DNA of 64,000 nucleotides from an uncultured Bacilli bacterium (GTDB taxonomy: Bacteria; Bacillota_I; Bacilli_A; RF39; UBA660): contig CALVOW010000005.1 of the NCBI GenBank assembly GCA_944350445.1, positions 997 through 64,996 on the forward strand. Direction: 5' to 3'. The notes beneath the pieces were generated by a model. That model was not told where the DNA came from and ran no database searches. It saw nothing but the letters and a program-made list of their open reading frames with translations. Every line of letters begins with the position of its first letter. The stretch's first letter is position 1. A program made the translations under genes and the position numbers. Of the stretch, positions 1-10,548 are shown one piece after another.

Positions 1-137
1 CTATTGTTATATTACATAAATTAATGCCTTATAAAGTAACGCTTATTCCAGATTATAAAATAAAATGGGAAAATGATTATAAAGATAGCAAATTGTTAGA
101 AAGAGAATTACCAGAAATTAAATTTTTTTCTAATTAA
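1..137 (+). CDS. 3' end of an unidentified protein-coding gene that starts upstream of the window
   Basis: An open frame enters from the left edge and ends at TAA 135-137 (..KLMPYKVTLIPDYKIKWENDYKDSKLLERELPEIKFFSN*). No family recognised. Confidence 0.3.
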   Translation, partial: IVILHKLMPYKVTLIPDYKIKWENDYKDSKLLERELPEIKFFSN

Positions 138-468
138 GAATATAAATTAAGGAAAATTTAAGGAGTTAGAAAAAATTTGTCTAGTATTAAAAGAAAGTTT
201 AGAATAAAAAAAGTTATATTATAGTCTAAATACAAAAATTAGATATTTTTAAAAAATCAACTAAAAGAAAAACATTAATTAAAAAATAGATGAAAATCAG
301 CAAGTGGAAAATAAAGTTAAAAAGTTGTTTTAACTAAATCATTTTAAAAAATTTAGTTTAATATTTTTTTCTTGACTCTCCACTTGACTGGAATGATATT
401 ATTTTAGATGAAAAGGGGGAAAAGAGTTTTTTATTAGATATTAATCAATAAAAAATAAAATAAGTAGT

Positions 469-2241
469 ATGGAAGAAAATTTTAAAGAAAATAGAAAATT
501 AACCAAAAAAGATTATAAAAAAATATTTGAAAACATAAAAAAGAGTTATAAATTTGTTAAAAGCAACAAAAAAAGTTTAATTATATGTATCATAGTTTCA
601 ATTTTAACCATTCCAGTAAGCGTCTTAACTCCAATATTGTCAGCTCAGATTCTTTTAGCCTTAAATGGAAGTTTATATGAAGACTTATTGAAAATATCCG
701 CCTTTATATTTATTGTTTATAGTATTCAACACTTGCTTTGGTTTATGTCAAGAATTGTCTATAAAAAATATATTGTTAATGTTGTTTATGGTATTCAAAA
801 AGAATTAATGAAAGAAACCTTTAAATTATCTAGTGAATGTTTTGATGAACATGGAACCGGGATATTCATTGATAGATTAAGGCAAGATACTAATGTAATT
901 GCTAATATATTTGATGATTTAGCAAATATATTAATACAAATTTTTAGTAATTTAGGAATATTTATTGTTATTTTTACAATATCAAAAATTATGTTTTTGT
1001 ATTTTGTCTTATGTGGTATTAATGAATTTATAGTTTCTAAGAAAAGAATAAAAATTTATTATGAAAGATTCGGAGAAATTCGTGATTTAGAAGAAAAAAA
1101 TACAGGTCTTGTTGCCGAGCTTATTCGAGGTGTTCGAGATGTTAAAGTTTTAAATTCAACCGATGTATTTATGAAAAAATTCGATAAGCGTGTAAGTGAA
1201 GTGAATGATAAAAATATTAAATTAACTATAAAAAATAATAAATTTTACTTATTTAGTGAAGAAATAAACGAAGTTTTAGATTACTTATTTTACTTTATAG
1301 GAGTTATGCTAACTAATTTTAATTTGTTAACAGCTAGTAACTTTGTAGTACTTTATATGTATAGATCAAAAGCAAGATATTTATTTACATATATTGTTAG
1401 TATGATGGAAAGTATTAAAACATTTAATTTTTCGGCTAATCGAGTGTATGAAATTATAGATGGTGAAAAATTTTCCAAAGAAAAATTTGGTAATATCAAA
1501 CTAAATCATATTAATGGAGATTTTGAATTTAAAAATGTTAGTTTTGCTTATAAAAAAGAAAAAGAGATTTTACACAATATTAGTTTTAAAGTAAAAGCGA
1601 ATACGACGGTTGCCTTTGTTGGCAAAAGTGGAAGTGGAAAATCAACAATATTTAGTTTATTAAATAAATTATATAATGTAGATGATGGAAAAATTTTTAT
1701 AGATGGATATGATATAAATACTTTAACCAAAGATTCGATTAGAAATAATATGTCAATTATTACCCAAAATCCCTATATATTTAATTTATCAATAAGAGAT
1801 AACTTGTTATTAGTTAAAGAAAAAGTTACGGAAAAGGAAATGATTAAAGCTTGTAAAACGGCTTGCTTGCATGACTTTATTATGAGTTTACCAAATGGTT
1901 ATGATACGATTGTTGGCGAAGGGGGTATAACTTTATCAGGAGGAGAGCGTCAACGTTTAGCCATAGCTAGGGCTTTAATTAAGAAAACGGAAATAATTTT
2001 ATTTGATGAAGCAACTAGTGCTCTTGATAATGAAACCCAAGAAAAAATCCAAAAAGCAATACATAATTTAAAAGGAAAATATACTATACTAATAATTGCT
2101 CATCGCTTATCAACGATTGTAAATAGTGATAAAATTATTATGATCGATAAAGGAAAAATAGTAGGGGAAGGAACTCATAAATATTTAATGGAAAAATCTT
2201 TAAAATATCAAAAACTATATCAAGCAGATTTACTTAAATAA
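469..2241 (+). CDS. ABC transporter, fused permease/ATP-binding protein (type I exporter, MsbA/LmrA-like)
   Basis: 590 aa. An N-terminal multi-TM domain is followed by an NBD with Walker A GKSGSGKST, signature LSGGERQR, Walker B ILFDEATSALD and H-loop IAHRLS. Confidence 0.85.
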   Translation: MEENFKENRKLTKKDYKKIFENIKKSYKFVKSNKKSLIICIIVSILTIPVSVLTPILSAQILLALNGSLYEDLLKISAFIFIVYSIQHLLWFMSRIVYKKYIVNVVYGIQKELMKETFKLSSECFDEHGTGIFIDRLRQDTNVIANIFDDLANILIQIFSNLGIFIVIFTISKIMFLYFVLCGINEFIVSKKRIKIYYERFGEIRDLEEKNTGLVAELIRGVRDVKVLNSTDVFMKKFDKRVSEVNDKNIKLTIKNNKFYLFSEEINEVLDYLFYFIGVMLTNFNLLTASNFVVLYMYRSKARYLFTYIVSMMESIKTFNFSANRVYEIIDGEKFSKEKFGNIKLNHINGDFEFKNVSFAYKKEKEILHNISFKVKANTTVAFVGKSGSGKSTIFSLLNKLYNVDDGKIFIDGYDINTLTKDSIRNNMSIITQNPYIFNLSIRDNLLLVKEKVTEKEMIKACKTACLHDFIMSLPNGYDTIVGEGGITLSGGERQRLAIARALIKKTEIILFDEATSALDNETQEKIQKAIHNLKGKYTILIIAHRLSTIVNSDKIIMIDKGKIVGEGTHKYLMEKSLKYQKLYQADLLK

Positions 2242-2372
2242 AAAATACAAAATAGAAAAATAATATAAAATTTAAATTATGAATAGAGTAAAATAACGTT
2301 ATAAATTTTAGTTACTTTTACCAATTTTTTGAAAAATATCTTTTCATTTACATAAACTTAAATGGAGGATAT

Positions 2373-4973
2373 ATGACAAATAAGGGTTTAAGTAAAGAAA
2401 GTGTAATTTTAAGTCGAAAAAAATATGGAAGTAATGAAATAGAAGTTCATAAAAAAAATAAATTTTTATCCTTGCTTTTAGAGTCTCTTGGAGATCCAAT
2501 TATTAAAATTTTGTTAATTGCCTTAGCAATTAAAATAGTTTTTCTCTTTCAAGATTTTGATTTTTATGAGACAATTGGTATTTTTATTGCTGTTTTTTTA
2601 GCTACTTTTATTTCAACAATTTCTGAATATGGTAGTGAAAAAGCTTTTGAAAAATTAGGAAGTGAAGCTAGTCATATTAATGTTCGAGTAAAAAGATCAG
2701 GGGTTGTTACCGTTATTAATATAAGTGAAGTTGTTGTTGAAGATATTGTTCTACTTGAATCCGGCGATCTTATTCCGGCTGATGGTATATTGTTAGAAGG
2801 AAATATTAGTGTTGATGAATCAATTTTAAATGGTGAAAGCAAAGAAACCAAAAAAAGTCCTAGTATCCTTAAATCGGATACAAAAACTAATAAACTTTAC
2901 CGTGGAACAACCGTTTATTCTGGATATGGTCTAATGCAAGTTACAAGTGTTGGATTAAATACAATGTATGGTAATTTGGCCTTAGAATTACATGAAAATG
3001 AACCAATTAGTCCTTTAAAAAATAGATTAACGGATTTAGCGAAAATAATTAGTCGAATTGGTTATGTTGGAGCTTTTTTAGTTGTAATTGCCTTTTTATT
3101 TTCAAAAATTGTTATGGAAAATAATTATGATTTGCAATTGATTAAAGAAACAATTACTAACTTTCCGCTTATGATGAATTATTTAATATATGCCTTAACA
3201 CTTAGTGTTACAATCATTGTTGTTGCTGTTCCCGAAGGTTTGCCAATGATGATAACTTTGGTTTTATCTAGTAATATGAAAAGAATGTTAAAAAATAACG
3301 TTTTAGTAAGAAAACTAGTGGGAATTGAAACAGCTGGCAATATTAATGTTTTATTAACCGATAAAACAGGAACTTTAACCAAAGGAAAATTAGAAGTAAC
3401 CAAACTTTTAAATGGTACTTTACAAGAAATAAAAAGAGAAGATTTAAATTCTTTTAATAATAAAGTTTATTTCGATGCTTTATTTTATAATACAGATAGT
3501 ATTTTTACCAAAGAAAATGCCGTTATTGGTGGTAACTCAACCGATCGAGCCATATGTAAATTTTTAAATAAAAATATTGCTGTTAAAAAAGAAGTTCTTT
3601 TTAAAAAACATTTTGATAGTCGTGATAAATATAGTTCTGTTACGTTAAAAGATAAAGAAAAAATTACTTATTTCAAAGGTGCTAGTGAAGTTTTACTTCC
3701 TAAATGTCAAAAATATTTAGTAAATGGAAAAGAAGAAAGACTCCCTAATATTAATGGTATAAATGAAAGTATTCAAAAAGCAATGTCAGATGGAATTCGG
3801 GTTATTACACTTGCTTATAAAAAAGGTGATAGTTATTTAAATGATTTAGTTTTTATGGGGCTTATTTATTTAAAAGATGAATTAAGAGATGAAGCAATAA
3901 ATGGTATTGATTTAATAAAAAAGGCTGGTATTCAAGTTATAATGATAACTGGGGATAGCAAAGAAACAGCTACCTCAATTGCCAAAGAAGCGGGAATTTT
4001 AACATCTGATTTAGATTTAGTATTAACAAGCTCGGAAATGAACCAATTAACTGATGAAAAATTAAAAGAGAAAATCAAAAATATTCGCATAATTGCAAGA
4101 GCCTTACCAAGTGATAAAAGTAGGTTAGTTAGAGTTTTAGAAGAAATGCATTTAGTCGTTGGGATGACAGGAGATGGTGTCAATGATGCCCCTGCTTTAA
4201 AAAAAGCTAATGTTGGATTTGCGATGGGAAGTGGTACGGAAGTAAGTAAAGAAGCGGCGGATATTGTAATTTTAGATAATAACATTTTATCAATTTCCAA
4301 AGCAATCCTTTATGGAAGAACAATTTTCAAAAGTATTCGCAAATTTATTATCTATCAATTAAGTGTTAATATGACAGCTTTACTTTTATCAATTATTGGT
4401 CCCTTTATAGGTTTTACATCCCCAATTACAATTGTTCAAATGTTATGGCTTAATATGATAATGGACACTTTTGCTGCCTTAGCATTTTCGTTTGAACCTC
4501 CTTTACTGGAATATATGGAAGAAAAACCTAAAAAAATGAATGAAAAAATTATTAATAGTTATATGTATAATGAAATTATTTTAACTGCTATTTATTCAGG
4601 AACTTTATGTATTTTATTTTTAAAATTACCGATTATAAGACATATTTTTCGAATAGGTGATAATTATAAATATCTAATGACAGCTTATTTTGCTTTATTT
4701 ATTTTTATTGGTATTTTTAATTCTTTTAATGCCAGAACTTATCGAATTAATATCTTTTCCAATATTTTGAAAAATAGGATTTTCTTATTTGTAATTGGTT
4801 TTATTATAAGTGTTCAAATTTATTTAATTTATTTTGGTGGTGATTTATTTCGAACTTATGGACTAACTGCCAAAGAATTTTTGATAATTTTAGCAATTGC
4901 TCTTTCGGTTTGGCCGGTTGATGCCATTCGCAAATTAATATTAAAAAAATTCGGTTTTAAGCGAGCGGTTTAA
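2373..4973 (+). CDS. P-type ATPase, Ca2+-transporting type (P2, PMCA/SERCA-like)
   Basis: 866 aa. Has the phosphorylation motif DKTGTLT, the hinge MTGDGVNDAPALKKA, TGDSKETA, an NGES actuator motif and a 10-TM layout. Confidence 0.85.
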   Translation: MTNKGLSKESVILSRKKYGSNEIEVHKKNKFLSLLLESLGDPIIKILLIALAIKIVFLFQDFDFYETIGIFIAVFLATFISTISEYGSEKAFEKLGSEASHINVRVKRSGVVTVINISEVVVEDIVLLESGDLIPADGILLEGNISVDESILNGESKETKKSPSILKSDTKTNKLYRGTTVYSGYGLMQVTSVGLNTMYGNLALELHENEPISPLKNRLTDLAKIISRIGYVGAFLVVIAFLFSKIVMENNYDLQLIKETITNFPLMMNYLIYALTLSVTIIVVAVPEGLPMMITLVLSSNMKRMLKNNVLVRKLVGIETAGNINVLLTDKTGTLTKGKLEVTKLLNGTLQEIKREDLNSFNNKVYFDALFYNTDSIFTKENAVIGGNSTDRAICKFLNKNIAVKKEVLFKKHFDSRDKYSSVTLKDKEKITYFKGASEVLLPKCQKYLVNGKEERLPNINGINESIQKAMSDGIRVITLAYKKGDSYLNDLVFMGLIYLKDELRDEAINGIDLIKKAGIQVIMITGDSKETATSIAKEAGILTSDLDLVLTSSEMNQLTDEKLKEKIKNIRIIARALPSDKSRLVRVLEEMHLVVGMTGDGVNDAPALKKANVGFAMGSGTEVSKEAADIVILDNNILSISKAILYGRTIFKSIRKFIIYQLSVNMTALLLSIIGPFIGFTSPITIVQMLWLNMIMDTFAALAFSFEPPLLEYMEEKPKKMNEKIINSYMYNEIILTAIYSGTLCILFLKLPIIRHIFRIGDNYKYLMTAYFALFIFIGIFNSFNARTYRINIFSNILKNRIFLFVIGFIISVQIYLIYFGGDLFRTYGLTAKEFLIILAIALSVWPVDAIRKLILKKFGFKRAV

Positions 4974-5035
4974 AAAAAATTAAAATAGGTAATAGTTTAT
5001 TTTTCTATCCATGATATAATAATAAAGAGGTGGAT

Positions 5036-5422
5036 ATGAAAAAAGGATTTACATTAGTTGAATTATTAGGAGTAATTGTTGTTATTGCAATTCTTGGAAC
5101 TTTGGCTGTTGTATCAGTTAATTATTTAGTAAATAACGGTAAACAAGGGGTTTATGAAAACTATGAAACAACTTTAAAGGGAGCAGCTGAAAATTATCTG
5201 ATTAATCATATGGATGAGGTTCCTAATCAAAATGCTAGTATAACAAAAACCTTAGATGAGTTAGTTGCTAGTAATGAAATAGAAAGATTAAAAGATCCTA
5301 ATGGAGGGGATTGTGATTCTAGTTATGTAGTTATATCTAGAGGAGCTGATGTTTCTAATAACTTTAATTTAAGTTATAAAGTTTGTTTAATTTGTGATAA
5401 TTATCGAAGTGATGGTTGTTAA
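5036..5422 (+). CDS. Prepilin-type N-terminal cleavage/methylation domain protein (ComGC/pseudopilin-like)
   Basis: MKKG|FTLVELLGVIVVIAILG is a class III signal peptide with Glu at +5. I moved the start from GTG 5030 to ATG 5036. No assembly genes lie nearby. Confidence 0.7.
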   Translation: MKKGFTLVELLGVIVVIAILGTLAVVSVNYLVNNGKQGVYENYETTLKGAAENYLINHMDEVPNQNASITKTLDELVASNEIERLKDPNGGDCDSSYVVISRGADVSNNFNLSYKVCLICDNYRSDGC

Positions 5423-5440
5423 TATTATTTCCAAATTAAA

Positions 5441-5490
5441 AATGTAGAAAGTTATTTTAATTTAATAATTTTCTACATTTTTATTTTTTT
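5441..5490. terminator. Bidirectional intrinsic terminator between the convergent pilin-like and HIT genes
   Basis: Hairpin atgtagaaa(5442-5450)/tttctacat(5470-5478), followed by a T-run on the plus strand and preceded by an A-run. Confidence 0.5.
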
Positions 5491-5493
5491 TAA

Positions 5494-5892
5494 TTATTCA
5501 TTGGTTGTAAGCATCTTTTTAATTTCTTTTAAATCTTTTAAAAGGTCTTTATTTGAAAAATGTTTAACTTCATCATTTTTATATCTCGGTATAAAGTGCA
5601 TATGCATATGTTTTATTTCTTGTCCATAGTCGAGATTGGTTGATAAAGTTAGACCATCACAATTTAATTTTTCTTTATAAATAGGATATAATTTTTGATA
5701 AATTTTTTGCATATGAAGTAAAATGTCATCGGGTATTTCTAATATATCTTGAAAATGTTTTTTGGGAATGATTAAAGTATCCCCATTAGTAGTTGGATTA
5801 ATATCTAAAAAGGCTAAAACTAGTTCATCTTCATAAATAATTTCACTTGGTATTTCAGAATTAATGATTTTACAAAATAAACAATCTTTCAT
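5494..5892 (-). CDS. HIT (histidine triad) family nucleotide hydrolase
   Basis: 132 aa with the histidine triad motif HMHMHFIP near the C-terminus and an N-terminal CLFCKI. Confidence 0.85.
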   Translation of the reverse strand: MKDCLFCKIINSEIPSEIIYEDELVLAFLDINPTTNGDTLIIPKKHFQDILEIPDDILLHMQKIYQKLYPIYKEKLNCDGLTLSTNLDYGQEIKHMHMHFIPRYKNDEVKHFSNKDLLKDLKEIKKMLTTNE

Positions 5893-5899
5893 ATCTCAC

Positions 5900-6973
5900 C
5901 TAATTTAAATATTCTGTTAATGGTTTTAAACGGTATTTTAATTCAGGCATTTCACTTGTTAAAACAAAACCTGATCTGGCATTAATTACATCTGGTATAC
6001 GGTTAACGACAGTTGCACAAGTAAGTTCTACCGTTTGGGGACGATTAACAACAATAGTTGTATCAGGTTCACCATAAACTGTCCATTCGTTTTTGTCAAA
6101 ATCTTCTTTGGAATAGACTTTTCCGATACATTCACTTTCTATTTCAATACCTTCTTTAGTTTTTGTTGTAACAACAGCACTCATTCCTGTTGCAAGTCCT
6201 GCTTTAATATCCATATTAAGTGTATTAGAATGAATATCATGATTACAAGTAATAGGTACACATTTTTGTGTTTGACTGATAACGTTAAGTCCTAATTTGG
6301 AAGCTAACCAACCATTGGTATTCCACATATAACTTGGAGAAAATTTACCATTGTTGATTAATTCTTGACGTTTTTCGGGCGTTATATCATCACTACTTGC
6401 AACATCTCTTGCAAATTCTTCTAAGGTTAAACCTGCTCCATGAGCTTTGGCAAGGGCAATACCATAATCTTCAACATTATAAGAAGAACTTCCTTTAATT
6501 TTCGTTATTTTAAATGTTGACCCAGAAATAACACTAATTAAATTTCCCCAATAAACATCTTGATACCCACTTCCGGTGATTGTACAATTATTTTCTTTGG
6601 CAATTTTATCTAATTCCTTAGTTAAAGTTGGATTAGAATTATAAGAATCAAAAGCTTCTTCACAAGTTGTAATAGCATTTACTCCGTTTAGGGCACATAT
6701 TTTTAAAACCTCGTAAACATCACTTAATAAACTCATAGTTGTAACAATAGCAATATCTGGTTTTAATTCTTTTAAACTTTTATCTAAATCAAGAACATTT
6801 TGAATTTCTAAATCCGATTTAACTTCTGTAAAGATACTCGATATAGATTTACCAATAATTTTTTCATTTATATCAAAAGCTCCTATTAAATTACAACCTT
6901 TATCAAGTAAATAACGCATCGTATAACGACTCATCTTCCCACAACCAATTTGCACTGCATTAATTTCTTTCAT
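5900..6973 (-). CDS. NAD(P)-binding DapB-like oxidoreductase (amine dehydrogenase / 2,4-diaminopentanoate dehydrogenase-like family)
   Basis: 357 aa with an N-terminal Rossmann motif VQIGCGKMSRY. The overall resemblance to DapB-N-like amine dehydrogenases is recalled from memory, not searched. Confidence 0.45.
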   Translation of the reverse strand: MKEINAVQIGCGKMSRYTMRYLLDKGCNLIGAFDINEKIIGKSISSIFTEVKSDLEIQNVLDLDKSLKELKPDIAIVTTMSLLSDVYEVLKICALNGVNAITTCEEAFDSYNSNPTLTKELDKIAKENNCTITGSGYQDVYWGNLISVISGSTFKITKIKGSSSYNVEDYGIALAKAHGAGLTLEEFARDVASSDDITPEKRQELINNGKFSPSYMWNTNGWLASKLGLNVISQTQKCVPITCNHDIHSNTLNMDIKAGLATGMSAVVTTKTKEGIEIESECIGKVYSKEDFDKNEWTVYGEPDTTIVVNRPQTVELTCATVVNRIPDVINARSGFVLTSEMPELKYRLKPLTEYLN

Positions 6974-7104
6974 TTATCTTCCTCCTAAAATAATTATAAT
7001 ATAACTAATTTTTAAAAGCAATTAGAAAAAAAGGAAAATTCAAATTAAATTTTGATAAATTTAAAAAAATGGTAGCATTTCTAAAAACTTTATGATAGAA
7101 TAAT

Positions 7105-7296
7105 TCATGTGAAATTAAAAAAATCTATTAAATATTCGAAGTAATATAAAATATTTTCTAGAAAGTTAAGGGTTGATGGAACTTAATATTATTTTATATG
7201 AAAGGCTGCTTATTTAGGATTTCGGGATACCGTTATAAAAATTAAGACCAAATTAGGATGGTAACGCGGTTAATTCGCTCCTAGGTTGGTCTTTTT
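7105..7296 (+). promoter_or_regulatory. T-box riboswitch leader, probable Ala specifier (GCU), upstream of the P-loop kinase gene and alaS
   Basis: Stem I distal motifs (agaaag .. ggttgatggaac). Specifier-loop context gaaagGCTgctta. T-box sequence aattaggatggtaacgcgg (7250-7269). Terminator gaccaa..ttggtc (7246-7291) followed by ttttt. Confidence 0.75.
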
Positions 7297-7314
7297 ATTA
7301 TTTAGGAGGATGTT

Positions 7315-7866
7315 ATGGGAAAAGTTATTGCTATTGTTGGAATGTGTGGAAGTGGCAAAAGTGTTGCTAGTGATTATTTAGTTGCTATTGGCTATAAAAA
7401 GGTTTATTTTGGAGGAGTTACCATGGAAAAATTACAAGAAAATAACATGGAAATAACTCCTGAAAATGAAAAATATATGCGTGAAAAATTACGAAAAGAA
7501 TTAGGAATGGGAGCCTATGCGAAAATCTTACTTCCAAGAATTTTAGAATATCAAGCATATTCTAATGTGGTTTTAGATGGTCTTTATTCTTGGGATGAAT
7601 ATCTTATTTTAAAAGATGAATTAAAAGATAATTTAAGTGTTATAGCCATTGTTACTAATCGAAATATTCGTTATGAAAGGTTATTGGTTCGTGAAGTTCG
7701 ACCTTTAACTAACAAAGAAGCCGAAAGTCGTGATATTTCAGAAATTGAAAACTTAGCCAAAGGTGGCCCTATTGCTATGGCTGACTATTTTCTATTAAAC
7801 AATGCTGATAAAGATACCTATATTAAAAATTTACAAGAAATTTTAAAAGATATAGAATTGAGGTAG
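7315..7866 (+). CDS. P-loop nucleotide/nucleoside kinase-like protein (dephospho-CoA kinase / AAA-ATPase-like)
   Basis: 183 aa with Walker A GMCGSGKS at the N-terminus. First gene behind the Ala T-box, 2 nt upstream of alaS. Confidence 0.5.
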   Translation: MGKVIAIVGMCGSGKSVASDYLVAIGYKKVYFGGVTMEKLQENNMEITPENEKYMREKLRKELGMGAYAKILLPRILEYQAYSNVVLDGLYSWDEYLILKDELKDNLSVIAIVTNRNIRYERLLVREVRPLTNKEAESRDISEIENLAKGGPIAMADYFLLNNADKDTYIKNLQEILKDIELR

Positions 7867-7868
7867 TT

Positions 7869-10547
7869 ATGAAAAAATTAACAAGTTTAGAAATTAGAAA
7901 AATGTGGTGTGATTTTTTTAAAAGTAAAGGACATCAAATTGTTGAAAGTGCTCCTTTAATTCCCAAAGATGATGATTCACTTCTTTGGATTAATGCTGGA
8001 GTTACACCCTTAAAAAAATATTTTGATGGAAGTATTGTTCCTGATAATCGAAGAATTGCTAATATTCAAAAATGTATTCGTACGAATGATATTGAAAATG
8101 TTGGAGTAACAAGACGTCATCAAACCTTTTTTGAAATGATGGGAAATTTTTCAGTAGGTGATTATTTTCGTGATGAAGCTATAAGTATGGCTTTTGAACT
8201 TTTAACTAGTCCGAAATGGTTTAATATTCCCATTGAAAAACTATATTTTACAGTTTATACCAACGACCAAGAAACTTATGATAAATGGGTTGAGCTTGGG
8301 GTTTTAGAGTCCCATATTGTAAAACTTGATGATAATTTTTGGGAAATTGGAGAAGGTCCTTGTGGCCCAGATACCGAAATTTTCTTTGATCGAGGCGAAA
8401 AATATGACTACGATAATCGGGCTTTCGAACATTTTCAAAAAGGAGAAGACAACGAACGTTTTGTAGAGATTTGGAATAATGTTTTTAGCCAATTTAATGC
8501 CAAAGAAGGGGTAGAGAGAAGTAAGTACAAAGAACTTCCTAGTAAAAATATTGATACCGGAGCTGGTCTTGAAAGATGGGCTTGTGTTTTTCAAGATGTT
8601 GATAGCAATTTTGATACCGATTTATTCTTACCAATTATTAAACAAATTGAAGAATTAAGTGGCGCTTTATATGATGGCTCAATGCCATATAAAGTAATAG
8701 CTGATCATATAAGGGCTTTAACTTTTGCTTTGGCTGACGGAGCTAGTTTCGATAATGTTGGTCGTGGCTATATTTTAAGACGTCTTTTAAGAAGAAGTGT
8801 TCGATATGGAAGAAAATTAGATTTACAAGGAACTTTCATGTATAAATTAGTCGATTCCGTAGTTACTAATATGAAAGATGTTTATCCATATTTAATTGCT
8901 AAACAAGAATATATTGAATCTTTAATTAAAGAAGAAGAAGAATTATTCTTAAAAACCTTAGATAAAGGTGAAAAAAAATTATATGAATTAATGGATGAAT
9001 CTCTTGATAATAAAATAAGTGGAGCTGATGCTTTTAAATTATATGATACTTACGGATTCCCATTTGAACTAACTCTTGAGTATTTGGAAGAAAAAGGTTA
9101 TACAACTAGTCGATTAGAATTTGAAAAATGCATGAATAAACAAAAAGAATTATCGAAAAGTAATCAAAAACAAAACGAATCTTTTAAAAGTCAAAATGAA
9201 CTATTATTAAATTATAAAGATACTTCAGAATTTGTTTATGAAGTTTACGAACTAAAAGGAAAAATAATAGCTTTAATAGATAATGATAAGTTTGTTGATA
9301 GTATTTCCAAAGTTGGTTTAGTAGTTCTTGATAAAACGTGTTTTTATTCCAAATCAGGTGGGCAAATTAGTGATACCGGAATGTTAATTGGTAAAAACTT
9401 TAAAGCTAGAGTTCTAGATGTTTTTAAAGCTCCAAATGGTCAAAATATTCACAAAGTTAAAGTTTTAAGTGGAAAAATTGAAAAAGATGATTTCGTAGAT
9501 GAATTAATTGATAAAGATAAACGACTTAATATTGAAGCAAATCACTCTTGTGTACACATTTTACAGCTTGCTTTACAAAAGGTAATTGATAAAGATATTT
9601 ATCAAGCTGGAAGTAAAGTAACTGCTGATTATTTACGTTTTGATTTTAATTATCATGGAAAAATTACGGATGAAAATTTAATTCAAGTTGAAGAATTTGT
9701 AAATGATTATATTCAAAAAGAAATACCAAGGGAAACGAAAATTGTTGATTATAATAATATTGATAAAAATTCTGTTATGGCTCTTTTTACGGATAAATAT
9801 AAAGATAAAGTTAGAGTAGTGGAAATAGGTGATTCCAAAGAACTTTGTGGGGGATGTCATGTCAAAAACACCAAAGATATTTTGGAATTTGCTATTACTT
9901 CTTTTGAAAATAAAGGTAGTAATACTTATCGAATTATCGGAGCTACAAAAGACAATATCGAGACAAATTTATTATTAGCAGCTAAACCATATAACGATAA
10001 TATTGTCAAAAATATTATGAAAGCCAAAAGTATTATTTTAATGGCTAAAAAGGATGGTCTTAGTCTTACTTTTGATAGTAAATTAGATAATCAAAAACCA
10101 ACTAGATATAAAGATATTGTTGAATTAAAAAGAAAAGATAGTGATATTTCTAATTCCTTACATGAATTAGATAAAAAATATCAAAAATTAAAGTCAGAAA
10201 TGGTTGTAAGTAATTTAGACAAGTTTGAAAAAAATATTAAAAAAGTAGGGGATATTAATCTATTGCTTCAAAAAGTGTATGATGAAGATATTACCGATTT
10301 AAAAAATATTTTAGATACTCTTGCCAATAAATATCTAAATAGCTTTATTATGTTTGTTAATATAAAAGATAATATTCCAACAATTGTTGCAAGAAGTAAT
10401 TCACAAATTGATGCTTCAGAAATGGTCAAATTAGTTGCCAGTATGAACGGTGGTAATGGGGGAGGATCAAGTAAATTTGCAAGTGGAGCTGGAAAAACTT
10501 TAGAACATATTGATGAAAGCTTAAAAGAAATTGAAAATAGGATCTAA
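7869..10547 (+). CDS. alaS: Alanine--tRNA ligase
   Basis: 892 aa. Class II AlaRS N-terminus (FFKSKGHQIVESAPLIP..DDSLLWINAGV), editing-domain HSCVHILQ and CGGCHV, and a C-terminal DHHA1-like GGNGGGS. Confidence 0.95.
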   Translation: MKKLTSLEIRKMWCDFFKSKGHQIVESAPLIPKDDDSLLWINAGVTPLKKYFDGSIVPDNRRIANIQKCIRTNDIENVGVTRRHQTFFEMMGNFSVGDYFRDEAISMAFELLTSPKWFNIPIEKLYFTVYTNDQETYDKWVELGVLESHIVKLDDNFWEIGEGPCGPDTEIFFDRGEKYDYDNRAFEHFQKGEDNERFVEIWNNVFSQFNAKEGVERSKYKELPSKNIDTGAGLERWACVFQDVDSNFDTDLFLPIIKQIEELSGALYDGSMPYKVIADHIRALTFALADGASFDNVGRGYILRRLLRRSVRYGRKLDLQGTFMYKLVDSVVTNMKDVYPYLIAKQEYIESLIKEEEELFLKTLDKGEKKLYELMDESLDNKISGADAFKLYDTYGFPFELTLEYLEEKGYTTSRLEFEKCMNKQKELSKSNQKQNESFKSQNELLLNYKDTSEFVYEVYELKGKIIALIDNDKFVDSISKVGLVVLDKTCFYSKSGGQISDTGMLIGKNFKARVLDVFKAPNGQNIHKVKVLSGKIEKDDFVDELIDKDKRLNIEANHSCVHILQLALQKVIDKDIYQAGSKVTADYLRFDFNYHGKITDENLIQVEEFVNDYIQKEIPRETKIVDYNNIDKNSVMALFTDKYKDKVRVVEIGDSKELCGGCHVKNTKDILEFAITSFENKGSNTYRIIGATKDNIETNLLLAAKPYNDNIVKNIMKAKSIILMAKKDGLSLTFDSKLDNQKPTRYKDIVELKRKDSDISNSLHELDKKYQKLKSEMVVSNLDKFEKNIKKVGDINLLLQKVYDEDITDLKNILDTLANKYLNSFIMFVNIKDNIPTIVARSNSQIDASEMVKLVASMNGGNGGGSSKFASGAGKTLEHIDESLKEIENRI

Positions 10548-10548
10548 T

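Noticed and set aside
3932-4300. Antisense shadow ORFs inside long genes (1548-1730, 3179-3403, 3932-4300, 6035-6295, 8304-8594, 9678-9860, 17489-17710, 18095-18295, 20616-20834, 25379-25561, 42648-42929, 43337-43666, 44049-44243, 47019-47210, 63423-63638)
   Set aside because: Each lies entirely within, and opposite to, a gene with strong family motifs. None has an independent signal.
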